From Parcubacteria group bacterium (GTDB lineage: Bacteria > Patescibacteriota > Patescibacteriia > UBA11705 > JABHMO01): 64,000 nucleotides of DNA. Shown piece after piece: positions 26,963-36,283 of the stretch. How positions within the stretch are numbered: the first letter of the stretch is position 1; each line of letters starts with the position of its first letter. The stretch is from NCBI GenBank assembly GCA_043797615.1, contig JAZDPK010000030.1, positions 9,067 to 73,066 on the forward strand, given 5' to 3'. A model generated the notes under the pieces. The model ran no database searches. It was not told where the DNA came from and worked only from the letters and a program-made list of their open reading frames with translations. A program made the position numbers and the translations under genes.

Positions 26963-28018
26963 TTATCTCACCATCTTCTCTTCGTTCGCCGACGGCAAGA
27001 GCACGTCGCTCAGCAATTTTTCATCGTCCAATAGCAAATTTATGCCGCGAATGGTGCAGGTGGTCGGATCGTCAGCGATGCGGACCGGAATTTCCGTTTC
27101 CTTTGAAATTATCTTGTCGATGCCGCGGAGCAAGGCGCCCCCGCCGGTCAGGAGTATTCCCCTTTCGTAAATGTCGGCCACGAGTTCAGGCGGCGTCAGC
27201 TCAAGCACGCTTTTTACCGCATCGATGATCGCGCCGATCGAAACGGCGATCGCCTCGCGCACTTGATAGTCGGTGATGATGATTTCGCGGGGAAGGCCGC
27301 TGACCAGGTCTCGGCCGCGCATTTCAACGGACATTGCTTCGGCCAGAGCGAAAGCCGAGCCGATTTTGATTTTTATGCTGTCCGCGATTTTTTCGCCAAT
27401 CATCAAATTGAAATGGTCGCGGGCGTATTGAACGATATTTTTATTCAGCTCGTCGCCGGCCACTTTAAGCGATTTCCAGAGCACGACGCCGTGCAGGGAA
27501 ATAACGGCGATTTCCGTCTTGCCGCCGCCGAGATTAATGATCATACTGCCGGACGCGTCCTGCACCGGCAAACGGCTGCCGATGGCCGAGGCCATGATTT
27601 CTTCAACAAGATAAACGCTGCCCGCGCCAGCGCCGAGCGCCGCGTCTTCCACCGCCTTCCTCTCCACTTCCGTTACGTCGAGCGGAATGCCGATGACCAC
27701 AGCCGGCCGGGCGGTGAAATTGAAATTCTCTTGGAATATTTTGTCGAAAAAATATTTAAGCATCTTTTCCGTCACTTCAAAATCGGAAATCACGCCTTTA
27801 ACCAAAGGATAGGCAATCGTAATGTATTGCGGGTTTTTTCCCACCATTTTCTGCGCGTCCTCGCCCACGGCGATGATCTGATCCAGGCGATTGTTGACCG
27901 CCACGACCGACGGCTCCTGAATCACAATGCCCTTGTCCTGCAGGCAGATGATCGTATGCTTGGTGCCGAGGTCGATGCCGATTTTTTTTGAGAATCTGCT
28001 TAAGAATTTTCTTAGCAT
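26963..28018 (-). CDS. mreB: Rod shape-determining actin homologue MreB
   Basis: 351 aa. Contains IGIDLGTKHT... and an actin-like ATPase fold. Confidence 0.95.
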   Translation of the reverse strand: MLRKFLSRFSKKIGIDLGTKHTIICLQDKGIVIQEPSVVAVNNRLDQIIAVGEDAQKMVGKNPQYITIAYPLVKGVISDFEVTEKMLKYFFDKIFQENFNFTARPAVVIGIPLDVTEVERKAVEDAALGAGAGSVYLVEEIMASAIGSRLPVQDASGSMIINLGGGKTEIAVISLHGVVLWKSLKVAGDELNKNIVQYARDHFNLMIGEKIADSIKIKIGSAFALAEAMSVEMRGRDLVSGLPREIIITDYQVREAIAVSIGAIIDAVKSVLELTPPELVADIYERGILLTGGGALLRGIDKIISKETEIPVRIADDPTTCTIRGINLLLDDEKLLSDVLLPSANEEKMVR

Positions 28019-29259
28019 ACCTTAGGCGGCGCAATGAACTGCGCCGTTAGCTCGTTAGTATCGATCATTATGATTTTATCTTCTGCGCGATATTTTATTT
28101 CCGCCTGATTTTTCGCCAAAGTTTTCTCGCTGACGACGATCCGGACGGGCAGGCCGATCAAATCGGCGTCGTTCAGCTTCACGCCGGCCGACTCTTCCCG
28201 GTCGTCGTATAAAACATCCACCCCGGCCGCAATCAATTCATCATAAATATTTTCCGCTTCTTTTTTCAGCTTAGCGTCTTTGCCGATAAATAGCAAATGA
28301 GCTTTAAACGGCGCGATTTCCGTTGGCCAGACAATGCCTTTGTCGTCATGATGAATCTCCACGACCGCGCCCAGGACGCGGGACGGGCCGATGCCGTAAC
28401 AGCCCATGAGCACCGCTTGTTCCTTGCCGCTTTCGTCGTTGTATTTCAAATCGAACGGCGTGGAATATTTAGCGTTCAATTTGAAAATATTGCCGACTTC
28501 GATCGCTCTATTGATCAAAAGAACGCTGCCGCACTCGCCGCATTTGGCAAAATCATCGAGAATTTCCTTGTTCTTGTGCCAGCCGCATTTGGAGCAGGAA
28601 TAAACTTCGTCCTCGCCGAAATCGGAAAACACCTGGAATTCATGCGAATATTTGGAAAACGTGCCGCCGGACGCTTCTGCCAACTTCGCGTCAAGGCCGC
28701 AACGTTCAAAAATTTTGAAGTAAGCCTGCTTCGCCTGTTCATAATAAGAGTCCAAATCCTTCTCGTCGCGGTGGAAGCTGTACAGATCTTTCATTGAAAA
28801 TTCGCGGCCGCGCAAAAGACCGGACTTCGCTCTCGGCTCGTCGCGGAATTTGTCTTGAATCTGGAAAACGGCGATCGGCAGATCCTTGTACGAACTGATG
28901 AATTTTTTAAGGAGCGGCGTCACCACTTCCTCGTGCGTTGCGCCGAGCCCGTATTCCTTGCCGCTTGAACTTTTCAGTTTGAACAAAACGTCCAATCCGG
29001 TCCACCGTTCGGTCGTTTCCCAATTTTCCTTAGGAACAAGAGCCGGCATGAGGATTTCCTGTCCGCCGATGGCCGTTATCTCTTCGCGGATTATATTTTT
29101 TATTTTATTCAGCACTTTTAAACCGAGCGGAAGATAAGTGTAAACGCCGGACGTCAGCTTGTCGATGAAGCCGGCGCGGCCGAGCAGGCGCGAATTCACG
29201 CTTATTTCGTCTTTTGAAACATTCTTCGAAGTTTTGGCGAACAATTGGGATTGGCGCAT
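28012..29259 (-). CDS. proS: Prolyl-tRNA synthetase (short form)
   Basis: Starts MRQSQLFAKTSK... and has class II motifs and a C-terminal anticodon domain. I chose the start at M17 of the tracked ORF. Confidence 0.9.
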   Translation of the reverse strand: MRQSQLFAKTSKNVSKDEISVNSRLLGRAGFIDKLTSGVYTYLPLGLKVLNKIKNIIREEITAIGGQEILMPALVPKENWETTERWTGLDVLFKLKSSSGKEYGLGATHEEVVTPLLKKFISSYKDLPIAVFQIQDKFRDEPRAKSGLLRGREFSMKDLYSFHRDEKDLDSYYEQAKQAYFKIFERCGLDAKLAEASGGTFSKYSHEFQVFSDFGEDEVYSCSKCGWHKNKEILDDFAKCGECGSVLLINRAIEVGNIFKLNAKYSTPFDLKYNDESGKEQAVLMGCYGIGPSRVLGAVVEIHHDDKGIVWPTEIAPFKAHLLFIGKDAKLKKEAENIYDELIAAGVDVLYDDREESAGVKLNDADLIGLPVRIVVSEKTLAKNQAEIKYRAEDKIIMIDTNELTAQFIAPPKVC

Positions 29260-29263
29260 AATT

Positions 29264-29647
29264 TTATCGGTTAAATTTTTTATATGAAATGAAGAAAAGC
29301 TCGACAAAGCCGGCGGCTAGGACGATAATGATGAAATTCCACCAAGTAAGCGCGCGCATGCTCTGCAGAATGAGCGCGATGATCATGAGGACGCCGAGCA
29401 GAATCCCCTGCCGCGACGCGCTTTGCACGTGCTTTTGCGGCACGTCTTCCGGATAAAGCCGGCAGCGCAGAAGCGAACCAACGATGGAAAATGCGCCGGC
29501 CAAAAACAGGCCGAAGCACAGATAAAAAAGGATTATCGCCAGCCAGCTGCCCGGAGCCGGATTCATTGAAAAAACAACAAACAGCCAGGCGACGAGGCAC
29601 AAGCCGGTGCAAACGCCCAGAATGATTAAATATCTTAATAAAGACAT
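29264..29647 (-). CDS. Hypothetical membrane protein (4 TM)
   Basis: 127 aa with four hydrophobic segments. Confidence 0.6.
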   Translation of the reverse strand: MSLLRYLIILGVCTGLCLVAWLFVVFSMNPAPGSWLAIILFYLCFGLFLAGAFSIVGSLLRCRLYPEDVPQKHVQSASRQGILLGVLMIIALILQSMRALTWWNFIIIVLAAGFVELFFISYKKFNR

Positions 29648-29734
29648 ATTTACTTAGGAATAGTACGGACAGAACACTGTTCTGTCCGCTCATCGGAATG
29701 AAACGATAAACCTGTCCGCTCAATCAATATAATA

Positions 29735-30055
29735 TCATAAATCTTCCTTCAATTCAATTCCTTTTTGCACAATTTTTATCTTCTTCACGGGCTTGGCGCT
29801 GAATTTAGCGTTTATCGCTTGGGTCAGGCGCATTTGCTTGAATTTCAGCTCCTGGGCCATAATCGAATTGGCGCAGCCGAACGTTAAAACGCCGCTTTTC
29901 AAATGCAGGGCTTTGGCCAGCTCTTTGGCCTTGTTTCCCCAGAATTCAACGATCTTTTCGTTGGCAAACTCAACCACCATCGCGGCCTGCACCTGGCGGC
30001 CGAGAACGGATTTTTTTTGAAATGAAGTAGTTATTAAGCTGGAAAGTTTGTCCAT
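29735..30055 (-). CDS. DUF721/DciA-like protein
   Basis: 106 aa. The pattern ...W....A.......L..GVL...C.NS..AQEL.F is as remembered for DUF721. Confidence 0.55.
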   Translation of the reverse strand: MDKLSSLITTSFQKKSVLGRQVQAAMVVEFANEKIVEFWGNKAKELAKALHLKSGVLTFGCANSIMAQELKFKQMRLTQAINAKFSAKPVKKIKIVQKGIELKEDL

Positions 30056-30070
30056 ATTGACTTCATTAGA

Positions 30071-30208
30071 TCTGCGGTTTTTTTATTTGCGAGTCCGTGT
30101 CAAGCAGATTAAATATTTTTCATTAGGACACGAAGCAATCTTGGATGCAATCTTGATAAATATCTAAGAAATTATCCAAGATTGCGTCGCTCCGGAAATC
30201 CTCAGCTC
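30071..30208. repeat. Nested inverted-repeat element (138 bp)
   Basis: The outer 13-bp perfect inverted repeat is TTTTATTTGCGAG (30071-30083) / CTCGCAAATAAAA (30196-30208). The inner arms are CGAAGCAATCTTGGAT (30121-30136) / ATCCAAGATTGCGTCG (30164-30179), matching at 15 of 16 positions. Confidence 0.6.
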
Positions 30209-30290
30209 GCAAATAAAATGATCTTTTTTAGTGAGTGCCTTAATAATCTTCTTTAGCCGTCTTTATCCCCTTTTCTTTTCTTTTCCTTTC

Positions 30291-33200
30291 CTAAATTTTT
30301 TTGTATTCGCAGATATCCTTGTACCCGCAGTACTGGCACACGAACTGGCTCGGGCATGGCGCGAAATTCTGTTTTTTTATTTGTTCGATATTTTCAAGGA
30401 AGCGTTCTTTCAATTTTATCTTGTCGTTTTCCTTCGCGATAAACGGCACGAATTTGTTTTCGTCGAGATAATAATATTTCAAGCTGGCCACCGGCAATTT
30501 CAGAACTTCTTCCGCCGCGATTTGGTAAAAAACCAGCTGGCGCCGATCGTCGGTCGATAATTTTGATTCATCAGGCGCTTTGCCTGTTTTATAATCAATG
30601 ATTTCGACTTTTCCGTTGTCAACGTCGTCGATGCGGTCGATCCGGCCGCTGAAATTGCAATCCCCTATCTTCATGTGAAAAGTCTGTTCTAAAAATTTAA
30701 CCGCCGGCATTGTTTCGCGGAAAGTCTGATGGAAATTTTTCAAATGCTCTTTGCCTTTTTTATAATAATCCTCTTTCTGCGCTTTATTTTCGTACCAATC
30801 GTCGGACCAGCATTCGTCATAAATTTTGTATAAATTTTCAAGCGATAAAATTTCAATGTTCGGTTTTTGTTCTTTGGCGACGAACAAATCCGGCTGGACA
30901 TTGCTCTGGGCGAGCGAACATTGCTCCAAGAATTTTTGCAAAGCGGCGTGAATAACGGATCCGAAGGTTAATTGCGGCCCGCCGAAAGTTTGGATTTTCA
31001 AAATGTTGGCGAACTTGTATTGCAACGGGCAGTTTTCGTACGTCCGCATCTGCGAAAAGCTGAAGCTCTTCGGCAATTCATAGTTGAATTCTTTTTCAAC
31101 GCCTTTTCTTTCCGCGCTCTGCACGCCGTCGAATACGGTCTGATCTTTTTTAACGCACTTTTCATATTCTTCTTTTTTATAACCTAGTTCGGTTAAAAAA
31201 CGCGATAGTTTCTTTTCTCTCGCTCCGCCGTAATTGTCCGCGGATGAGAAATACAATCCGCGCTTCGCCCTTGTCATCGCCACGTAAAAAAGCCGGCGCT
31301 CTTCTTCCAGATGAAAATCTCCTTCCGGAATATTTTCCTTGATCAACGCGTCGGGAATGGAAATCGTTTCCGTCCTTTCATCGGTCGGAAACTTGCGGTC
31401 GACCAGATTCGGAATGAAAACATAAGGATATTCCAGCCCTTTGGCGCTATGGATGGTCATGATTTTTACTGTTTCCGGCCCGGTTTCAAGGTCGAAAATA
31501 AGCCTCCCGCTCTCGCCCGCTTCCTGCTCCAATTTGAACAGCTCCATTAAATCTTTCAGCCGCGGATCGTTCGCATTGGTTTCAAACTGCTGGATCTTTT
31601 TCAAAAACTGATTCAAATAGTCGATTTCCTCGCGCACTTCCCGCTCTTTCTTTTTCTGCACATGCGCCAGATAGCCGGAATTATACATGAAGCTGAGTAA
31701 AATTTCCGACGGCTTTTTCATTTTGGCGATGGCGCTGTCTTTCTCGATTTGAACAATGATTTTGTTCAAAGACGCCAGCGTTTCCGGCGTTATTCCCGGA
31801 ATCGCCGCCGCTTGTTTCACCGCTTCGAACAGCGACATCGTCTTTTCTTTAGCGTAATGCGCCAACTTGGCTGCTTGATCCGGCGCGATATGCAAAAATT
31901 CGAAATTCAAAACGCGGAACACGGCCGAACTCTCGTGATAATTGTCCAGCATTTTAAAGTAATTCAGAATATCCAGGACGATCGGCTTGTTGTAAAGGCC
32001 TTTCATCGCCAGAAATTGATAAGGAATATTCGCTTGCTCGAAAAGATTGATAAAGATGTTGGCGGTGTCGTTCGCGCGCACCAGAATGGCGAAATCGGAC
32101 CAGAGCGCGTTGTTCCGCTTTTGCAATTCAATAATTTTATCAACAACGAATCGGGCTTCGTCCTCGCCGGTCGCTTTGTGAATATGGCTGATGCAGCAAT
32201 TTTCTTTTAAATTTGATTTTAATTTCTTGTCGATGCCGAGCTTCGCTTCTAGGCGGTACGGATTGTTTTGGACGATGAATTTATACGCCAAATCCAGGAT
32301 TTCCTGGCACGAACGGAAATTTTCCGTGAGCACCACTTCTTTCGCTTCGGGAAAATCCTCCTTGAATTGCATGATGTTGCTGATCGACGCGCCGCGGAAT
32401 TTGTAAATGGAATTATGGACCAAAATTCCGTTGGCAACGTAATTGTGAGTGCGGTCGACTTCCAAGTCGTAAACAAAAATAGTTTTCTCTTTTTCTTTTC
32501 TGTCGATAATTTGATCGTAAATTATTCCTTTTTTAGTCACAACGGGCAAAAACATGCCTTTCAACACATTGCTCGTCGGCATCACCAATGCCTTGTTGAC
32601 ATTTGATTTCGCTTTTCCCGCTTTAAGGTAATGTTCAATTATTCCGCCGGTTTCATTTTGAATCTTTTTTGCTATTTTGCCGAGGTATGGAAGGTCAGCG
32701 CTTGCGATGCGTAGCCGCTTGCCGGATTTTTTGGCGTCTTGCATGACAAATCCCATCTTTTTCAATTTATCTATCGTCGGTTTGTGGCTGGTTTCAAGCG
32801 ACAGGCAATGCAAAACCTGCGGCGTTTGCAAAAAAATCCCTTTCGTGTGTTTCGAACGGTAATTGCGCTGGCATAATTCCAGATTAATCTTGATTCTGAC
32901 TTTATCGCCTCGGTTCACGGCGTCAAGACAAAATTGATGCGAATCAAGATCGATGTTAAAATCTTTTGCCAAACGGCGAACGCCTTCTTCAACGTTCAAA
33001 TCCCGATACAGCTTTTCGCTCCATTTTCGTTTGGTCATTATGCCGTCTCTTTCTTGAAAGCAAACGGTCGGAATGCCGTATTTCAGAGACAACAATGTTT
33101 CCATATATCGCGCTTCTTCCTCGTTTTCGCATGATTTTACGGCGACGATTTTATCGGCCGATCTTTCCAGTCTAAGCCGGACAGACAAATCATTGGTAAT

Positions 33201-34403
33201 GCCGAGGCGCCAGCCCAATTCTTGCTTTTGCATCAAGTAAACGTAATAATATTGTTTGTCTTCATGCCCGGAATGAAAATGGTGAAAATATGACACTGGA
33301 TTATAGCAAAACATCTTATGATTGCTTGTCGCCGCAATTTCACGGCCGCTTTTTGTCTTGAATGTGATCAATTTGACCGTTTTTTTATTTTTATTGACGT
33401 GGTTCACTTTGCTGTAGCTCAAATATCCTTTTCCAACTGCGGTGGCGACCTCATTTCCTTTTACTATTTTATCGATTCTGACGTTTCCGTGCTTGGTCAT
33501 AATCAAACTGTCTCCCGGCAAGCATTGGTCGTCGTCCCCGACAACATTGATATTTTTTTTCGGACCGGCCAAAAGTTTGATCAATTCGTATTGCACGAAA
33601 TTCGTGTCCTGAAACTCGTCAACCAAAATATATTTGAACTGCTTGCGGTATTTATTCAGAATAAGCGGCCGCTCTCTCAGCAATTTGACCGCGTACATGA
33701 GCAAATCGCCGAAATCCAGGCTGTCGTTTTCCAACAATATCTGCTGGTAAACATGATAAGCGTTCGCCACTTCGCCAATGCGCATGATTTCCGATTTGAT
33801 CAGCTCTTTCTTTTCCGCTTCGTTAAATTCGCTAAGGTCGAATTGCTTGACAAAGGAAGTCGAATCGGAATTCAATTTTATTTCCTCGGCGTAATCAAGA
33901 TAGCTTTGCGGATAAATCCCCTCGTCTTTGCAGCGGGAAAAATGCTTGAGCAAAGCGTGGATGAATTTCGCCGGATTGCCGATCGGCCGGTAATAATCAA
34001 GATTGAACCGATCCAGATTTTTTCGAACTAAAAGCCAGGCCTCGGTTTCGTCGAGCAGTTTGTAATTGTTCGGCAGGCCGATGTCGATCGCGTGCCTCTT
34101 GATCAATTTGTCGGCAAAGGCGTGGAACGTGGAAACCCACAGATCAACGTAGCCGTAAGGCAGCATAAGATCGATGCGCTCTTCCATTTCCTGCGCCGCC
34201 TTGTCCGTGAACGTCAAAGCCAGCACTTCGTCGACATTCGCATTCTTTTCCGTAATCAGCCAGGCAATGCGCGCCGTAATGACCCGCGTCTTGCCCGTGC
34301 CGGCGCCGGCAACAATAAGCATCGGCCCGTCGCCGTGCATGATGGCGGATTTCTGCTGTTCGTTTGAATCGGAGATAATGCTCATATGAGGATATTTTAG
34401 CAT
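30291..34403 (-). CDS. UvrD/PcrA-family helicase fused to a C-terminal Cas4/AddB-like PD-(D/E)xK Fe-S nuclease; interrupted by an intein
   Basis: Helicase motifs are present: AGAGTGKT, VDEFQDTN and VVGDDDQ|...|SIYKFRGA. The C-terminus has IIDYKTG and four Cys (ENCPLQY ... CPSQFVCQYCGYKDIC). The total is 1370 aa, or 999 aa without the intein. Confidence 0.9.
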   Translation of the reverse strand: MLKYPHMSIISDSNEQQKSAIMHGDGPMLIVAGAGTGKTRVITARIAWLITEKNANVDEVLALTFTDKAAQEMEERIDLMLPYGYVDLWVSTFHAFADKLIKRHAIDIGLPNNYKLLDETEAWLLVRKNLDRFNLDYYRPIGNPAKFIHALLKHFSRCKDEGIYPQSYLDYAEEIKLNSDSTSFVKQFDLSEFNEAEKKELIKSEIMRIGEVANAYHVYQQILLENDSLDFGDLLMYAVKLLRERPLILNKYRKQFKYILVDEFQDTNFVQYELIKLLAGPKKNINVVGDDDQCLPGDSLIMTKHGNVRIDKIVKGNEVATAVGKGYLSYSKVNHVNKNKKTVKLITFKTKSGREIAATSNHKMFCYNPVSYFHHFHSGHEDKQYYYVYLMQKQELGWRLGITNDLSVRLRLERSADKIVAVKSCENEEEARYMETLLSLKYGIPTVCFQERDGIMTKRKWSEKLYRDLNVEEGVRRLAKDFNIDLDSHQFCLDAVNRGDKVRIKINLELCQRNYRSKHTKGIFLQTPQVLHCLSLETSHKPTIDKLKKMGFVMQDAKKSGKRLRIASADLPYLGKIAKKIQNETGGIIEHYLKAGKAKSNVNKALVMPTSNVLKGMFLPVVTKKGIIYDQIIDRKEKEKTIFVYDLEVDRTHNYVANGILVHNSIYKFRGASISNIMQFKEDFPEAKEVVLTENFRSCQEILDLAYKFIVQNNPYRLEAKLGIDKKLKSNLKENCCISHIHKATGEDEARFVVDKIIELQKRNNALWSDFAILVRANDTANIFINLFEQANIPYQFLAMKGLYNKPIVLDILNYFKMLDNYHESSAVFRVLNFEFLHIAPDQAAKLAHYAKEKTMSLFEAVKQAAAIPGITPETLASLNKIIVQIEKDSAIAKMKKPSEILLSFMYNSGYLAHVQKKKEREVREEIDYLNQFLKKIQQFETNANDPRLKDLMELFKLEQEAGESGRLIFDLETGPETVKIMTIHSAKGLEYPYVFIPNLVDRKFPTDERTETISIPDALIKENIPEGDFHLEEERRLFYVAMTRAKRGLYFSSADNYGGAREKKLSRFLTELGYKKEEYEKCVKKDQTVFDGVQSAERKGVEKEFNYELPKSFSFSQMRTYENCPLQYKFANILKIQTFGGPQLTFGSVIHAALQKFLEQCSLAQSNVQPDLFVAKEQKPNIEILSLENLYKIYDECWSDDWYENKAQKEDYYKKGKEHLKNFHQTFRETMPAVKFLEQTFHMKIGDCNFSGRIDRIDDVDNGKVEIIDYKTGKAPDESKLSTDDRRQLVFYQIAAEEVLKLPVASLKYYYLDENKFVPFIAKENDKIKLKERFLENIEQIKKQNFAPCPSQFVCQYCGYKDICEYKKI
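32412..33524 (-). mobile_element. Intein (371 aa) inserted in helicase motif III
   Basis: It begins at Cys294 (CLPGDSLI) and has block B TSNH. It ends VYDLEVDRTHNYVANGILVHN, followed by +1 Ser. The flanking exteins rejoin to VVGDDDQ-SIYKFRGA. Confidence 0.9.
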
Positions 34404-34456
34404 GAACGGACGTTTTTGCGCAATGCGCTGTTTTATTTTATAACTTTTTAAAAATT

Positions 34457-34488
34457 AAACTCACAGTCCGGTGTTGAACTGTGAGTTT
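34457..34488 (-). terminator. Terminator downstream of the sigma-r4 gene
   Basis: An 11-bp stem, AAACTCACAGT/ACTGTGAGTTT, is followed on the minus strand by a T-rich run. Confidence 0.6.
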
Positions 34489-34496
34489 GGCCTGGA

Positions 34497-34805
34497 TCAA
34501 ACCACGGCTTGGCGCAATTGGTGAATCGCCCTATCGATGATGAGCGGGATCACCTTCTCCTTGTATCCGGTAGCTTCGGCGATCTCGGCATAGTCATGGT
34601 ACTGACCATCTTCGAGGCCGAAATTCATGACCAGTACTTGCCGGACGCTGGGACACATCATTTGAAGCTGCGCTTTGACCGCTTCCAACGCATTTTCCCT
34701 GTCCTCCCGCTTGGCCAGGGCTATCAGGGTTTCTTCCGGAGAATCATCGGTCGCCGGATTGAAAACCGCCATTCTCTTTCTTTCGATCAAATTTTTTCCC
34801 ACCAT
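34497..34805 (-). CDS. Stand-alone sigma-70 region-4 (HTH) domain protein, 102 aa
   Basis: VRQVLVMNFGLEDGQYHDYAEIAEATGYKEKVIPLIIDRAIHQLRQ follows the remembered sigma70_r4 pattern. No region 2 or 3 is present. SD AGGAGG lies 5 nt before the ATG. Confidence 0.6.
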   Translation of the reverse strand: MVGKNLIERKRMAVFNPATDDSPEETLIALAKREDRENALEAVKAQLQMMCPSVRQVLVMNFGLEDGQYHDYAEIAEATGYKEKVIPLIIDRAIHQLRQAVV

Positions 34806-34864
34806 TTTTTCCTCCTGTTAAATTTTGTTTTTATGCAATAAACATAATGCGCGACGAACTATAC

Positions 34865-34893
34865 AGCATACACCATTTTTAGTAATTTGTCAA
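34865..34893 (-). promoter_or_regulatory. Promoter of the sigma-r4 gene
   Basis: The minus strand reads TTGACA-17 nt-TATGCT. Confidence 0.55.
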
Positions 34894-34979
34894 TAGAAAC
34901 GTTTATTTAACTATGGTTCTATAATAATTTTAGACAAAAAAATAAAGCGCTGGTATTAGCCAATGTCTTATTTTGTATT

Positions 34980-36140
34980 TTAAATTGACTCAATCCCCCA
35001 AATTTTACCGCGTCCGGAATTGCCTCTATCATCCACATTGTTTTTCAGCCGCTCGCCGATCATGTCCGCGATCTGCCGCATTTTGCCGGCGTTCAATTTG
35101 CCGTTTTCAAGCAGATAATCTTTTGATTCTTTCAGCGATATTACGCCGGCGGTCGCCGAGCCGAACTTTTCGATTTCATCGGCGCTCCGTTTCACGCTCT
35201 TGCCGTTTGCCGTTTGAAAATCCAAATTGCCGATATAATTTTTTATCTTCTTTTCATATCCTCCCTTTCGGCAAATGTTTTTTATCGCAGTTTGCATTTT
35301 TCCGTTTATAATATCAAACACTTCTCTCGCCTCCTCGCTGTTCAATCCGGGCAAAGTTAAAATGAACTCTTCGCCGCCGGTGGCGCGGATCACCGACGAC
35401 TCAATGCCTGTTTGTTTAATTTTATTTTTTAAATTTTCTGGAATGGAATTTAATTCCTCCTGCATAATGCGGCTCGCGGTCATCAGACTGATATCGCCGA
35501 GCTTATGCCCGCCGGTTTCGTTTATCGCTTTTAAATTATCAAAATCCAACGAAATCATGGCGTAGTCAAAACCTTTCTTGTCGGCCTTGCGCAATTCAGA
35601 CGGAATTATTCCGGACAGATATTCATAATTTTTCGTCAATGTCAGGTTGTCGTAATAGCGGTCGGATTGAAGGCTTCGCATTGTTTTCATTATTTCCTCA
35701 AAACGCTTTTTTTTTGTCGAAACAATCCTCTCTTCCATTTTTTTAAAACTCTTGGCCAATTTGTCGGCAACCAGCGATTCGCCGTTTTGTTCAGCAAAAC
35801 GCATGCGTTCTTGCAATATTTTTTCCAACGCCATTTGCGCCGCATTGCACTCATTCAAGACAAATTCGGTAACTTTTCCATTGTCGCTCGCGTCCATATT
35901 TGCCATTGTGTTTTCGGAAATAACGAATGAATTTCTGGATTTTTTCTTTTGTTTTTCAGTAATAATGTTCGCGGCATCGACGATCCTTCCAAAACGTTTT
36001 TTTTGGTTTTTTAAGATCAAATTACGCCAAAATTCGTTTTTATCCATGTCCGATTTATTTGCAAAATCGTTGATGCTTTTGTAAACCTCTTTGTATGTTT
36101 TTCCTTTCGCATTTTCTTTGAACTTTTGGGCGACCTCCAC
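34980..36140 (-). CDS. GGDEF-domain protein (putative diguanylate cyclase, GGEEF)
   Basis: Contains LDFDNLKAINETGGHKLGD ... RATGGEEFILTL. The N-terminal region is helical and of unknown function. The only canonical start is a GTG. Confidence 0.75.
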   Translation of the reverse strand: MEVAQKFKENAKGKTYKEVYKSINDFANKSDMDKNEFWRNLILKNQKKRFGRIVDAANIITEKQKKKSRNSFVISENTMANMDASDNGKVTEFVLNECNAAQMALEKILQERMRFAEQNGESLVADKLAKSFKKMEERIVSTKKKRFEEIMKTMRSLQSDRYYDNLTLTKNYEYLSGIIPSELRKADKKGFDYAMISLDFDNLKAINETGGHKLGDISLMTASRIMQEELNSIPENLKNKIKQTGIESSVIRATGGEEFILTLPGLNSEEAREVFDIINGKMQTAIKNICRKGGYEKKIKNYIGNLDFQTANGKSVKRSADEIEKFGSATAGVISLKESKDYLLENGKLNAGKMRQIADMIGERLKNNVDDRGNSGRGKIWGIESI

Positions 36141-36283
36141 ATTTTCGCCAAATTCGATTTCAACCGTATTGATAATTTCCGCCAGATCAGAATCGGTTAT
36201 TTCCGAATCTTCGTTGAAATCAACGTGTACGGCGGCGACGGTGACCGTACCGATTTCAAATCCAAAATCATTTTTGATTTGCG

